Source: a virus
Direction: 5' to 3' (one strand)
DNA: 64,000 bases
IMG/VR virus record: IMGVR_UViG_3300025674_000016
Location: 32,001-96,000 of that record
Within the stretch, counting starts at the first letter, position 1. Each line of letters begins with the position of its first letter. This document shows positions 49,406 to 58,518 of the stretch, one piece after another. The notes under the pieces were generated by a model, which saw only the letters and a program-made list of their open reading frames with translations, did not search any database and was not told the origin of the DNA. A program made the position numbers and the translations under genes.

Positions 49406-49852
49406 ATGAAAATTACTAAATCAAAACTAAAACAACTTATAAGAGAAGAAATTTCAAAAGTTATTCCAGAAGTTTACTATCTGGAACCAAAGGGCAAGCC
49501 CAGAGCAGCGTATCAAGATTATGAAAATGAAGATTTTCAATATGAAAATGCCGCCAACATGCAAAATAGTGTTAGCAATATACTAGAGCTTCACAAAGAA
49601 CTATGGGACGACTTCTACGACATTGAAGAAGAAAGGACGGATAAAGTTGATTATGACCCTGACCCCGGTGGAGCAGGGACAGCAGATAAATACTTGGAAC
49701 GGATATATAGAGAAATGGGTGAACCATTTGCGTTTTTGGTTAGTAAATACTTGGAGAAAAACAAAATCCCAGCGGAGCAATTATCTAGTGACGTATTAAA
49801 TCCAGATGAGGATAGTCGAGACTACGAATATTATACTGATTTGCCAAAATAA
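49406..49852 (+). CDS. acidic hypothetical protein with MKITKSKLKQLIREE leader
   Basis: AGGAG RBS; shared leader. Confidence 0.75.
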   Translation: MKITKSKLKQLIREEISKVIPEVYYLEPKGKPRAAYQDYENEDFQYENAANMQNSVSNILELHKELWDDFYDIEEERTDKVDYDPDPGGAGTADKYLERIYREMGEPFAFLVSKYLEKNKIPAEQLSSDVLNPDEDSRDYEYYTDLPK

Positions 49853-49876
49853 ATAAAACTATACGGAGCGCTTTCA

Positions 49877-50383
49877 ATGAAAATTACTAAATCTAGATTG
49901 CAGCAGATTATAAAAGAAGAAATCCAAGCTGAAATGAAAAAAAACATAGCTTATTCTGGTGTTGTTCTTGACGATAAAAGCGTAGAAAAATTAAAGGCAG
50001 CAGCTAAAGCCATAGGTGTGCCTGAAGGTTTTGTTTTTAAAACAAATGCTGGGGCTCCTTTACCCCACCACATGACAATTGTGGCTTTTAAACCAATTGT
50101 TTACTCAAAAGGAAATAAATCGCATGATTTTAGTGAACATTATCCTGTTGGTGGAGAAGTAACGCTAACAGTAACACACATTGGATTTGATAATGAAGCA
50201 ATGGCTGCCAAAGTTGATCCGCCTGGCCCAATATCTACTAAAAGAATTAACTTTCCTCACATCACAATAGCTATCCGCGAAGGGGGGAAGCCTTCTAATT
50301 CGAATGATATACTCGATAAAAATTTCCAAAAAGTCGAAGAGTTTGAAGTTACGGGCACAGTACAAGAGGTTCCACAAGGATAG
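49877..50383 (+). CDS. 2H phosphoesterase-family protein with MKITKSRLQQIIKEE leader
   Basis: Two HxT motifs (HHMTI, PHITI) about 60 aa apart. Confidence 0.7.
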   Translation: MKITKSRLQQIIKEEIQAEMKKNIAYSGVVLDDKSVEKLKAAAKAIGVPEGFVFKTNAGAPLPHHMTIVAFKPIVYSKGNKSHDFSEHYPVGGEVTLTVTHIGFDNEAMAAKVDPPGPISTKRINFPHITIAIREGGKPSNSNDILDKNFQKVEEFEVTGTVQEVPQG

Positions 50384-50412
50384 AAGTAAAAAGGCCAATT
50401 GGAGGAGAAAAA

Positions 50413-50799
50413 ATGAAAATTACTAAATCAAAACTAAAACAACTTATAAAAGAAGAGCTAGAGCAAGTGGTTGAAGAGGGGGAACTGGACGAAGGGTTCC
50501 TTGACCGCTTGATGGGCAGGAGCATGAAGAAAGGCGGAGACATGGTTAAGCCAAAAGTTTATGCTCCCGACAACAGAGGGACAATCAGAGACCTCCAGAT
50601 GGACAAGGACGAAATGGGTGACGCTATCGAAGAGTTCAATTTGTCTCTTAAAGACCTAGACGACAGAATGAAAAGTGAACTGTCCAAAGTGAGGGACATG
50701 GTGCTCGATCTGCAAGATAAAGTTCCTAGCGGCGAAGCTTTTAATAAGATAATTAAGAACTTAGACGACAGAATTAAGGCACTAGAGGGGGGACGATAA
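50413..50799 (+). CDS. coiled-coil hypothetical protein with MKITKSKLKQLIKEE leader
   Basis: GGAGG RBS; shared leader; LDEG site. Confidence 0.75.
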   Translation: MKITKSKLKQLIKEELEQVVEEGELDEGFLDRLMGRSMKKGGDMVKPKVYAPDNRGTIRDLQMDKDEMGDAIEEFNLSLKDLDDRMKSELSKVRDMVLDLQDKVPSGEAFNKIIKNLDDRIKALEGGR

Positions 50800-51366
50800 G
50801 TGTCCACAGTATTAGAAATTATAAATGGTATCGCACAAGCAGCAGCAAACGCATATGATGGTGCTCACGATGAAAACGGCGAACCAATTAAAGTTGGTCT
50901 TAAGCGTGAAGAAGGTCACCCAATTCACGATAAGCGCGTAATGGACGGCTTTTCTGTTAAGTTTCAAGGGCCGTATCTCTGCATCTGCTACCACTCAGAG
51001 ATCAACCTTAAGGACGTTCAGGGCGATAAATTAGAAAAAGAAATCGAGCAGATGATTGCCAAGGTCGCAACCTTTTTAAAAAAAGAATACAAGCGAGTCA
51101 CTGGTAACACCTTGACCTTGACAAAAGATGGAGATGTCCAAGCAAGAATGGAATACATGAACCGTATTCGCTGCTGGGTCACTGCACAATGTGATTACAA
51201 GATCGGCGGCTTAGACTCCGAAGCTAGAAAGCAGCCCTCCGAAGACAGGCTAGAAAAAAACTTCAAAGACTTCTTGGCCTTAAGCGACGACAAAAGGCCG
51301 AAGAACGATAAAAGAAAAAAAGATAGCGACCCCACATTCACTCCTTGGAACATGCTAAAGAAATGA
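50800..51366 (+). CDS. hypothetical protein
   Basis: 188-aa ORF abutting both neighbours. Confidence 0.7.
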   Translation: MSTVLEIINGIAQAAANAYDGAHDENGEPIKVGLKREEGHPIHDKRVMDGFSVKFQGPYLCICYHSEINLKDVQGDKLEKEIEQMIAKVATFLKKEYKRVTGNTLTLTKDGDVQARMEYMNRIRCWVTAQCDYKIGGLDSEARKQPSEDRLEKNFKDFLALSDDKRPKNDKRKKDSDPTFTPWNMLKK

Positions 51367-51752
51367 GTTTATTAGAGCAAATAATCAGAGAACAAATAAA
51401 ACAAAGACTCAACGAGGCAGGCGAAGCAAGGATGAGCGTCCATCCGTTTGCAAACCACTTAGCCAATCAGAGAGATACAACACCTCAAGAAAACCTGTAC
51501 GATGATATCGTCAATGCAACTTTGATTAAAATGGTTTCTGCTCACACAGACGAGCAAGTAAGAGGTATTATTCGTGAACTGGCTGATAGCTATTCAACTG
51601 GACCTGCTGGCGTTGGTGGCAGGTTCTCTGATGCCCAAGTAGAAGAAATCCAAGATCTTGTGTACGATAAGATAGAGCAAAAATTAGATGTAAATTTGCG
51701 CTCCCACCTACCTCAAGACAGAGAACACCCTCTTTTTGTAAGCGAGGAGTAA
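51363..51752 (+). CDS. hypothetical protein with degenerate leader (MSLLEQIIREQIKQRLNEA)
   Basis: ATGA overlap start at 51363. Confidence 0.65.
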   Translation: MSLLEQIIREQIKQRLNEAGEARMSVHPFANHLANQRDTTPQENLYDDIVNATLIKMVSAHTDEQVRGIIRELADSYSTGPAGVGGRFSDAQVEEIQDLVYDKIEQKLDVNLRSHLPQDREHPLFVSEE

Positions 51753-51756
51753 TCCA

Positions 51757-53322
51757 ATGCTAACAAAAAAAGAAATACTTAAAGAATGTATAAAAGCCGG
51801 TAAAGATCCGGCTTATTTTATTAACAACTACGTTAAAATATCTCACCCAATGGAAGGTCTAATCCCCTTCAAAACCTACGATTTTCAGAAGCAACTGCTT
51901 CACGATTTTAAAGATTATAGATTTAACGTTATCCTAAAGGCAAGGCAGTTGGGCATTTCAACAATAACTGCTGCATATGCCGCTTGGCTTCTTCTGTTTT
52001 ATCGAGAAAAAAACATTGTTGTTATGGCAACAAAGTTTGGCACAGCGGGTAACTTAGTTAAAAAAGTTAAATCAATAATCAAGAATCTGCCACCTTGGAT
52101 TAGAGTTGCAGATATAACAATCGATAACAGATCCAGCTTTAAGCTTTCAAACGAATCTGAAATCAAAGCTATTTCTACTTCTGGAGATGCTGGTCGTTCC
52201 GAAGCTCTTTCTTTGTTGATTATTGATGAGGCCGCTCACGTCGATGGAATGCAAGAACTTTGGACTGGCTTGTACCCAACACTATCAACTGGTGGTCGAT
52301 GCATTGCCCTATCTACTCCCAATGGTGTTGGAAACTGGTTTCATAAAACATATATTGATGCTGAATCTGGCGTCAATGATTTCTTTCCAACCAACCTACC
52401 TTGGGATGTTCACCCCGATAGAGACAAAGAATGGTTTGATAAAGAAACAAGAAACATGTCTCGCAGGCAAATTGCTCAAGAGCTTGAATGCAATTTCAAC
52501 ACAAGTGGAGAGACAGTATTCCATTCAGACGATATACAAAGAATAAATGAAACTGTATGCGATCCCAAGTATAGAACTGGTGTTGATAGAAATCTATGGA
52601 TCTGGGAAGAATACAAACCAACCAACACCTATATGATCTCAGCAGATGTTGCAAGGGGTGACGGGGCAGATTTTTCGGCTTTTCTTGTTTTCAAGTTGGA
52701 AACGATGGAAGTTGTGGCTGAGTATCATGGAAAGGTAACATTGGACTTTTTTAGCGACCTACTCAACAATACTGGCAGGGAATACGGCAACTGTCTAATG
52801 GTGGTGGAGAACAACTCAGTAGGCTTCTCAGCACTAGAAAAACTAAAAGAGAAGGGCTACCCAAATATTTACTATTCTATTAAATCAACACACGAGTATA
52901 TCGACTCAACACAGGCCCAGTACAACAGCAATGCTGTTGCTGGCTTCTCAACAACAAACAAAACACGCCCTCTTATAATAGCAAAGCTAGAAGAGTTCGT
53001 AAGAAATAAACTAGTTACTACATACTCTAGAAGAATGATGTCTGAAATGACAACGTTTATCTGGAAGAACGGAAGACCCCAAGCTCAGCGAAGCTATCAT
53101 GACGATTTAATTATGTCAATGGCTATCGGATGTTGGGTGCGGGATACCGCTTTGGTTGTGAATAAACAAGAAATTGAATATTCAAAGGCTAGTTTGTCGT
53201 CTGTTTTCAAAAAGTCAACGACTTTGAACACAAGTATCCCTGGCCAAAGAGGTTTTAAATCTGTCGAAAAAACTGATAGTATAAAGGAACAAAAGCAATT
53301 TCTTTGGCTTTATAAAGGATAA
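51757..53322 (+). CDS. gp17: terminase large subunit (T4 gp17-like)
   Basis: LKARQLGIST, Walker B LLIIDEAA, LSTPNG, QELEC, ADVARG.G.DFS, HDDLIMS. Confidence 0.95.
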   Translation: MLTKKEILKECIKAGKDPAYFINNYVKISHPMEGLIPFKTYDFQKQLLHDFKDYRFNVILKARQLGISTITAAYAAWLLLFYREKNIVVMATKFGTAGNLVKKVKSIIKNLPPWIRVADITIDNRSSFKLSNESEIKAISTSGDAGRSEALSLLIIDEAAHVDGMQELWTGLYPTLSTGGRCIALSTPNGVGNWFHKTYIDAESGVNDFFPTNLPWDVHPDRDKEWFDKETRNMSRRQIAQELECNFNTSGETVFHSDDIQRINETVCDPKYRTGVDRNLWIWEEYKPTNTYMISADVARGDGADFSAFLVFKLETMEVVAEYHGKVTLDFFSDLLNNTGREYGNCLMVVENNSVGFSALEKLKEKGYPNIYYSIKSTHEYIDSTQAQYNSNAVAGFSTTNKTRPLIIAKLEEFVRNKLVTTYSRRMMSEMTTFIWKNGRPQAQRSYHDDLIMSMAIGCWVRDTALVVNKQEIEYSKASLSSVFKKSTTLNTSIPGQRGFKSVEKTDSIKEQKQFLWLYKG

Positions 53323-53324
53323 CA

Positions 53325-55373
53325 ATGGCTAGACGAACTATAAGAGCAAGAAGAAACCAACACAACCCTAGAAACCCCACATCTGAACTTTTTAAAAGAC
53401 TGACAAGGCTGCTATCTGGGCCTATTGTTAGTTATCGCAATCAAGCAGAGCGTCAATTGTCTCGTCGCAAGATGGACAAATATAGGTTTAGATCTGCGAG
53501 TGGGCAACAATTTAAAAAAACAACACACAATCCACTGGATTATTTGCACTCTCACATCCTTGCAAACCAAGGCAGAAGCGAGCGGTACGCAGACTTTAAT
53601 CAGATGGAGTATACGCCTGAGATTGCCTCGGCTCTTGATATTTATGCAGACGAGATGTCAACAAGCTCGGATCTCAGACAACTTTTAAAGATTGAGTGTC
53701 CTAATGAAGAGATCAAAAGTATTCTTCACAGCCTCTATTACAATGTCCTGAATATCGAACACAACATGTTCGGATGGTGCAGGACAATGTGTAAGTTTGG
53801 GGACTTTATTCTTTATCTCGACATTGATGAAAATCACGGTGTCAAGAACGTTATTGGCCTTCCATCGCATGAAGTTGAGAGAATTGAGGGTGAAGATCCC
53901 ACAAACCCAAACTATATTCAATTTCAATGGAACTCAGGAGGTATGACTTTTGAAAATTGGCAGGTTGCACATTTCCGTATTCTTGGAAATGATAAGTTCG
54001 CTCCCTATGGAACTTCTGTCCTTGACCCTGCTCGTCGCATTTGGAGACAGTTGACTCTCCTTGAGGACGCAGTAATGGCTTATCGTATTGTTCGATCTCC
54101 TGAGAGGAGGGTTTTCTATATTGATGTAGGTGCAATTCCCCCCAATGAGATCGAGCAGTATATGCAAAAGATTGTAACTCAAATGAAGCGCAATCAGATT
54201 GTCGATACTGACACTGGTAGAGTTGACTTGAGATATAATCCTCTTTCAATTGAGGAAGACTATTATATTCCAGTTAGAGGCGGCAATTCTTCAAAGATCG
54301 AAACACTTGCAGGCGGCTCTTATACTGGCGATATTGATGATATTAAGTATCTGAGAGATAAATTATTGTCGGCCTTAAAAGTGCCTGGCCCCTATTTGAT
54401 GAACAATACTGAAGCCGCTGATGATAAAACAACCCTAGCACAAAAAGATATTAGATTTGCTAGAACAATCCAAAGGCTACAAAGATCTGTTATCTCTGAA
54501 TTGGAGAAGATCGGAATTATTCATCTTTATGTTATGGGGTACAGAACAAAAGATCTTATCTCTTTTAAGTTAAAGCTCAACAACCCATCACAGTTGGCAG
54601 AGATGCAAGAGCTAGAGCATTGGAAATTAAAGTTTGATATTGCTTCCTCCGCAACCGAAGGATACTTCAGCAGACAGTGGGTCGCAAAGAACATCTTTAA
54701 CTTGAGTGATGAAGAGTTTATTCGCAACCAGAGAGAAATGTATTACGACCGCAAGTTTGATGCTGACCTTGAGTCTGCTGCTTCTGCTGCAACCGAGGTA
54801 ACTCAACGAGAATATCAAGGCATGCAGGACTTTGCAGGCAAAGGCGACCAAGCAGGATTTGGTGAAGATAAAGGAGGTGATCTCGGCCTAGGAGATGAAG
54901 GCGGCGGTCTTGATTTAGGAGGTGATCTCGGCGGCGAAACACCAGCAGGAGAGGAAGGTGACACCAAAACACCAGCAGAAGGCGGAGATGAAGGCGGCTC
55001 TCCTCCGGGCGATGACCTTTTATTAGCCAAACCAAGCAAGCGAGATGATGATGTCAAAGTCAAGACAGACGCCTATGGCAAGGTGATAGCTAGAAAAGCA
55101 AAAAGATCAAAAGGCTGGTACAAGCCGGTTCATTACGATCAGAGAGAAAGTTCAGGCGCGAGATATAAAAATAAAAAATCAAAATATGCTGGCGATATGG
55201 GATTGACTTCCAAGACAATAACACCTGGCAGATACCAATTGGGCAGAATTTCTAAGGGCATAACTGAGGGCCAAGATACTAGTTATAGGGAAGAAGAATT
55301 GCTTTTTGAAGCTAGTAGTGAAATTAGAGATTTGATCTCACAGATGGAGAAGCGCGATGAAACTAAAACATAA
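53325..55373 (+). CDS. gp20: portal protein (T4 gp20-like)
   Basis: PEIASALDIYADE, LLEDAVMAYRIVRSPERRVFYIDVG, EDYYIPVRG. Confidence 0.95.
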   Translation: MARRTIRARRNQHNPRNPTSELFKRLTRLLSGPIVSYRNQAERQLSRRKMDKYRFRSASGQQFKKTTHNPLDYLHSHILANQGRSERYADFNQMEYTPEIASALDIYADEMSTSSDLRQLLKIECPNEEIKSILHSLYYNVLNIEHNMFGWCRTMCKFGDFILYLDIDENHGVKNVIGLPSHEVERIEGEDPTNPNYIQFQWNSGGMTFENWQVAHFRILGNDKFAPYGTSVLDPARRIWRQLTLLEDAVMAYRIVRSPERRVFYIDVGAIPPNEIEQYMQKIVTQMKRNQIVDTDTGRVDLRYNPLSIEEDYYIPVRGGNSSKIETLAGGSYTGDIDDIKYLRDKLLSALKVPGPYLMNNTEAADDKTTLAQKDIRFARTIQRLQRSVISELEKIGIIHLYVMGYRTKDLISFKLKLNNPSQLAEMQELEHWKLKFDIASSATEGYFSRQWVAKNIFNLSDEEFIRNQREMYYDRKFDADLESAASAATEVTQREYQGMQDFAGKGDQAGFGEDKGGDLGLGDEGGGLDLGGDLGGETPAGEEGDTKTPAEGGDEGGSPPGDDLLLAKPSKRDDDVKVKTDAYGKVIARKAKRSKGWYKPVHYDQRESSGARYKNKKSKYAGDMGLTSKTITPGRYQLGRISKGITEGQDTSYREEELLFEASSEIRDLISQMEKRDETKT

Positions 55374-56172
55374 TAAAAAGAGGAATACAGCATTTTTATA
55401 TGAAGTTCTTGTTAGGCACCTAACAAAGAGTGTTATCAACAATGATCAAGAAAAGAAATCTGTTGTAACAAAAATTATAAAAGAACATTTCAATAAAAAC
55501 ACAATGCTCTATAAAGAACTTGAGATCTATCGCGCCATCACAGATCAAAAGAGCTTGGACTATCACCTTGCAGAGAAGTTGATCTTTGAAGCAAAGAGAA
55601 CATACGCCAAGTTAGACAAAGAGTCCATATTTAGAGAGCAAAGTAATTTGATTAAAAATATAAACAAGAATCTCTCTAAAGCTGCATATCAGGTATTTGT
55701 TCCAAACTATAAAGATCTAGCTTCAATCTATCAAATCTTGCAAGACCAATTGCCCCTTAAATCTAAAATGATTTTAGAAGAAGGGTTTGTTAGAAGCATA
55801 GCAACCAACAAGACTGAAAAAGCCGAGGGGATGAAACCGATAACAAATATTGTTTACAAGACTTTTGTAAAAAATTTCAATAAGCAGTATGGAGAGTCCT
55901 TGTTGCAGGAGCAGATCCTATTGCTTAACAAATATATTACGTCCTTTTCAGATGGCGGCGTTGATTTTAAGGTATACATGAATGAAGAAATAGCAAGACT
56001 TGAATCAATGGTTTCGCTTATGCTGGAAAGGCAAGACGTACAGCAAGATGATTCTATAAAGTACAAGATCGAAAGAATCTTAGAAACAATAAGAGGTTTC
56101 AATAATAAAGAAGTTGACAACTTGATGCTGGAGCAAGTGCTCAAAATTCAGAAGTTGGTTAAGGAATTTTAA
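55357..56172 (+). CDS. hypothetical head-module protein
   Basis: MKLKHNKKRNTAFLYE; overlaps the portal 3' end. Confidence 0.7.
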   Translation: MKLKHNKKRNTAFLYEVLVRHLTKSVINNDQEKKSVVTKIIKEHFNKNTMLYKELEIYRAITDQKSLDYHLAEKLIFEAKRTYAKLDKESIFREQSNLIKNINKNLSKAAYQVFVPNYKDLASIYQILQDQLPLKSKMILEEGFVRSIATNKTEKAEGMKPITNIVYKTFVKNFNKQYGESLLQEQILLLNKYITSFSDGGVDFKVYMNEEIARLESMVSLMLERQDVQQDDSIKYKIERILETIRGFNNKEVDNLMLEQVLKIQKLVKEF

Positions 56173-56174
56173 AA

Positions 56175-56825
56175 ATGGCAGTAACTGTAAAAGTTGGAAA
56201 CCAAGAAGAGATCGAGGCTGAAGGAGAAAACAAAGAAGGTGCCATCAAAATTAAAGTTGGCCCATCTGACGAACCGAAAGATATTGTAGTAAAGGTTCTC
56301 GGTGATAAAGAAGAAGGCCACAAGCCAGTATCAATCAAGTTAAATGTTAGAAAAAGCCTAGACGGTAATATCATTATTTCAGATCACCCTGATATCGATA
56401 TCGTCATTATGCCACCTCAATCAAAGATTGTTGCTTTTCCAAAGGAAAAGAGAACAGATAAAGTTTATGATGTGCAAGATAGATTTTTTAATTTTTTAAA
56501 TAAAAAAGGCATTGTAAACAAAAGCAAGATCCAGAGTGGCGCGGCATTTGGTTCAATGGAGGCAATGTACCCTGTTGTAGATCAAGAAAAGTTCAGTGCC
56601 GTGCAGGTGATTCTTTTGACTATTTCTAAGTTTATTGATGAAGAATCAGAATATTTCAATATCGATGATGAATTCGAAAAAGAATTTGAAGACTCGCTTA
56701 CGGACCCCGATGAAGAAGAGTCAACAGAACTGGGCGAAGTACCCCACGCAGACCAAAAAGGATCAATTAGACCAGGCTATATTTATAGCCCTTACGGCAT
56801 CTCTTCAATCTACAGATACGAATAA
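56175..56825 (+). CDS. hypothetical protein
   Basis: 216-aa ORF in the head operon. Confidence 0.7.
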   Translation: MAVTVKVGNQEEIEAEGENKEGAIKIKVGPSDEPKDIVVKVLGDKEEGHKPVSIKLNVRKSLDGNIIISDHPDIDIVIMPPQSKIVAFPKEKRTDKVYDVQDRFFNFLNKKGIVNKSKIQSGAAFGSMEAMYPVVDQEKFSAVQVILLTISKFIDEESEYFNIDDEFEKEFEDSLTDPDEEESTELGEVPHADQKGSIRPGYIYSPYGISSIYRYE

Positions 56826-56836
56826 CGGAGGATAAG

Positions 56837-57142
56837 TTGGATTTAATTTATTTTGTCTTAACGGCATATGGACTAACAAGCATTCTTGTTTACGGAAAGA
56901 TATTTAACTCGATCAGACCACCAAGACAATACTTCAACGGATTTTTTCACTGCCCTCAGTGCGTTGGATTTCATGTTGGGTGGTTTTTGTTTTTAATTAA
57001 CGGTGGAACAGAACTATTTAGCTTTGAATATAACTTAGTTAATTTTTTTGTTTTAGCATGGTTATCGTCTGGGACATCTTATTTGCTGAGTATGTTCGTT
57101 GCAGATTTCGGACTTAGACTAGAGGTAAAGAACAATGAATAA
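56837..57142 (+). CDS. small membrane protein with CxxC (DUF1360-like)
   Basis: Hydrophobic helices, FHCPQCVGFHVG; GGAGG RBS + TTG. Confidence 0.6.
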   Translation: MDLIYFVLTAYGLTSILVYGKIFNSIRPPRQYFNGFFHCPQCVGFHVGWFLFLINGGTELFSFEYNLVNFFVLAWLSSGTSYLLSMFVADFGLRLEVKNNE

Positions 57143-57203
57143 CAGATGGAAGCTACAGCCAGTTCGTCGTTGTCGTAATGGCTGCATAATCGCGCTGGGG
57201 TGA
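57135..57203 (+). CDS. 22-aa Arg/Cys-rich micropeptide (absent from ORF track)
   Basis: MNNRWKLQPVRRCRNGCIIALG; GAGG RBS; overlaps upstream stop. Confidence 0.45.
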   Translation: MNNRWKLQPVRRCRNGCIIALG

Positions 57204-57226
57204 GCCCAGCCAATCGGAGAATTAAA

Positions 57227-57832
57227 ATGTCAGATATAAACAAATATTTAATTCGAGAGTTCTATGAACTTTGCGATGGTGGTAAATGCGAAGACTTTTT
57301 AACGGAGTCTGAAAAAAGAAGAGTCAGGGAGGGAAAGGTTACTATTCTTTCTGGGAAACTTCAAGAGGCGGAGTGTCTTAACGGCAACAAGCGTATTTAC
57401 CCCATGAACATATTAAAGCGAGAAGTTGAAAACTATCGTAAATTTGTCGAACAACGCAGGGCAATGGGCGAGCTAGATCACCCCGATTCAAGCGTTGTCA
57501 ACCTTCAAAATGTTTCACACATTGTTACAGATATCTGGTGGGACGGAAAGAAAGTAATGGGCAAGATTGAAGTCCTGAACACACCAAGCGGCAATATCCT
57601 TAAGAATCTTGTTGAGGCTGGTATCAAGATGGGCATCTCCTCTAGAGCACTCGGCAGCGTTACCCAGAGAAATGGCAAGACATATGTTGAGGATGATCTA
57701 CAACTAATTTGTTTCGATATGGTCAGCGAACCTTCGACACCAGATGCCTTTATGTTAAAAGAACATAGAATGAGAAATTCTAATTACGAACCCACAAACA
57801 TTCACAACTTATTGGACAGCATACTTAAATGA
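57227..57832 (+). CDS. gp21: prohead core protease (T4 gp21-like)
   Basis: NGNKRIYP, GELDHP, GISSRALGS, FDMVSEPSTPDA; start at ATG 57227 after GGAG. Confidence 0.92.
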   Translation: MSDINKYLIREFYELCDGGKCEDFLTESEKRRVREGKVTILSGKLQEAECLNGNKRIYPMNILKREVENYRKFVEQRRAMGELDHPDSSVVNLQNVSHIVTDIWWDGKKVMGKIEVLNTPSGNILKNLVEAGIKMGISSRALGSVTQRNGKTYVEDDLQLICFDMVSEPSTPDAFMLKEHRMRNSNYEPTNIHNLLDSILK

Positions 57833-58245
57833 AACGAAATGAATTAAAAAAAGTTTTAAAACCTCTTATTAAAGAGTGCATTAAAGAGGTTATTTTTGAA
57901 GAGGGAGTTTTATCTGGCTTGATATCAGAAGTTCTAAAAGGAACGTCCAGCGCACAACTGGTTAGTGAAGCCCCGCAAAAGAAAGTTCAAAAACCAAGGG
58001 CAAAGTCAATAGAAAAGCGGCCAGCCAGACAAGATAAGTTAAATGAAATGAGAAGATCACTCACCGAAGCTATCGGCAAAGATGCTTACGGTGGCGTGGA
58101 TATCTTCGAAGGCGTTCAGCCTATTTCAAAAGCAGGTACACCAGGACCAGCGGCACCATCAAGTCCGCTGCAAGCCTACGCACCAAACGATGCGGGTGTT
58201 GATATCAGTGCGATATTCAACCCAAATTGGAAAAATTTAGTATAA
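57829..58245 (+). CDS. hypothetical protein with leader-like N-terminus (LKPLIKECIKEVIFEE)
   Basis: ATGA overlap with the protease gene. Confidence 0.7.
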   Translation: MKRNELKKVLKPLIKECIKEVIFEEGVLSGLISEVLKGTSSAQLVSEAPQKKVQKPRAKSIEKRPARQDKLNEMRRSLTEAIGKDAYGGVDIFEGVQPISKAGTPGPAAPSSPLQAYAPNDAGVDISAIFNPNWKNLV

Positions 58246-58254
58246 GGAAAAGAG

Positions 58255-58518
58255 ATGTCAAGAGTAAACGCCGAGGTAAAGGTAAGAAGAGGAGAATCTG
58301 TCGAGAAAGCAATGCGAAAGCTCAAAAAGATCTTAAAGAAAACAGGTTTTCTTGATGAGCTAAGAGAGCGCCGATATTACGAAAAACCTTCTGTTACAAG
58401 AAGAAAAAATAAAGCAAAGCGCCAGAGGCTTATAGATAAACAAAACAAGCTTAGAAAACTTGAGGAAGAAAGATTATATAAGCCGAAGAAAAGGCGAAAC
58501 AAGAGGAGAGATAAATAA
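58255..58518 (+). CDS. rpsU: 30S ribosomal protein bS21 (phage-encoded)
   Basis: VKVRRGESVEKAMRKLKK...G...ELRERRYYEKPSVTRR. Confidence 0.9.
   Translation: MSRVNAEVKVRRGESVEKAMRKLKKILKKTGFLDELRERRYYEKPSVTRRKNKAKRQRLIDKQNKLRKLEEERLYKPKKRRNKRRDK

Noticed and set aside
57194-57240. Selenocysteine/SECIS read-through at TGA 57201
   Set aside because: The TGA is inside the hairpin loop rather than upstream of it, and read-through adds only 11 residues out of frame with the protease.
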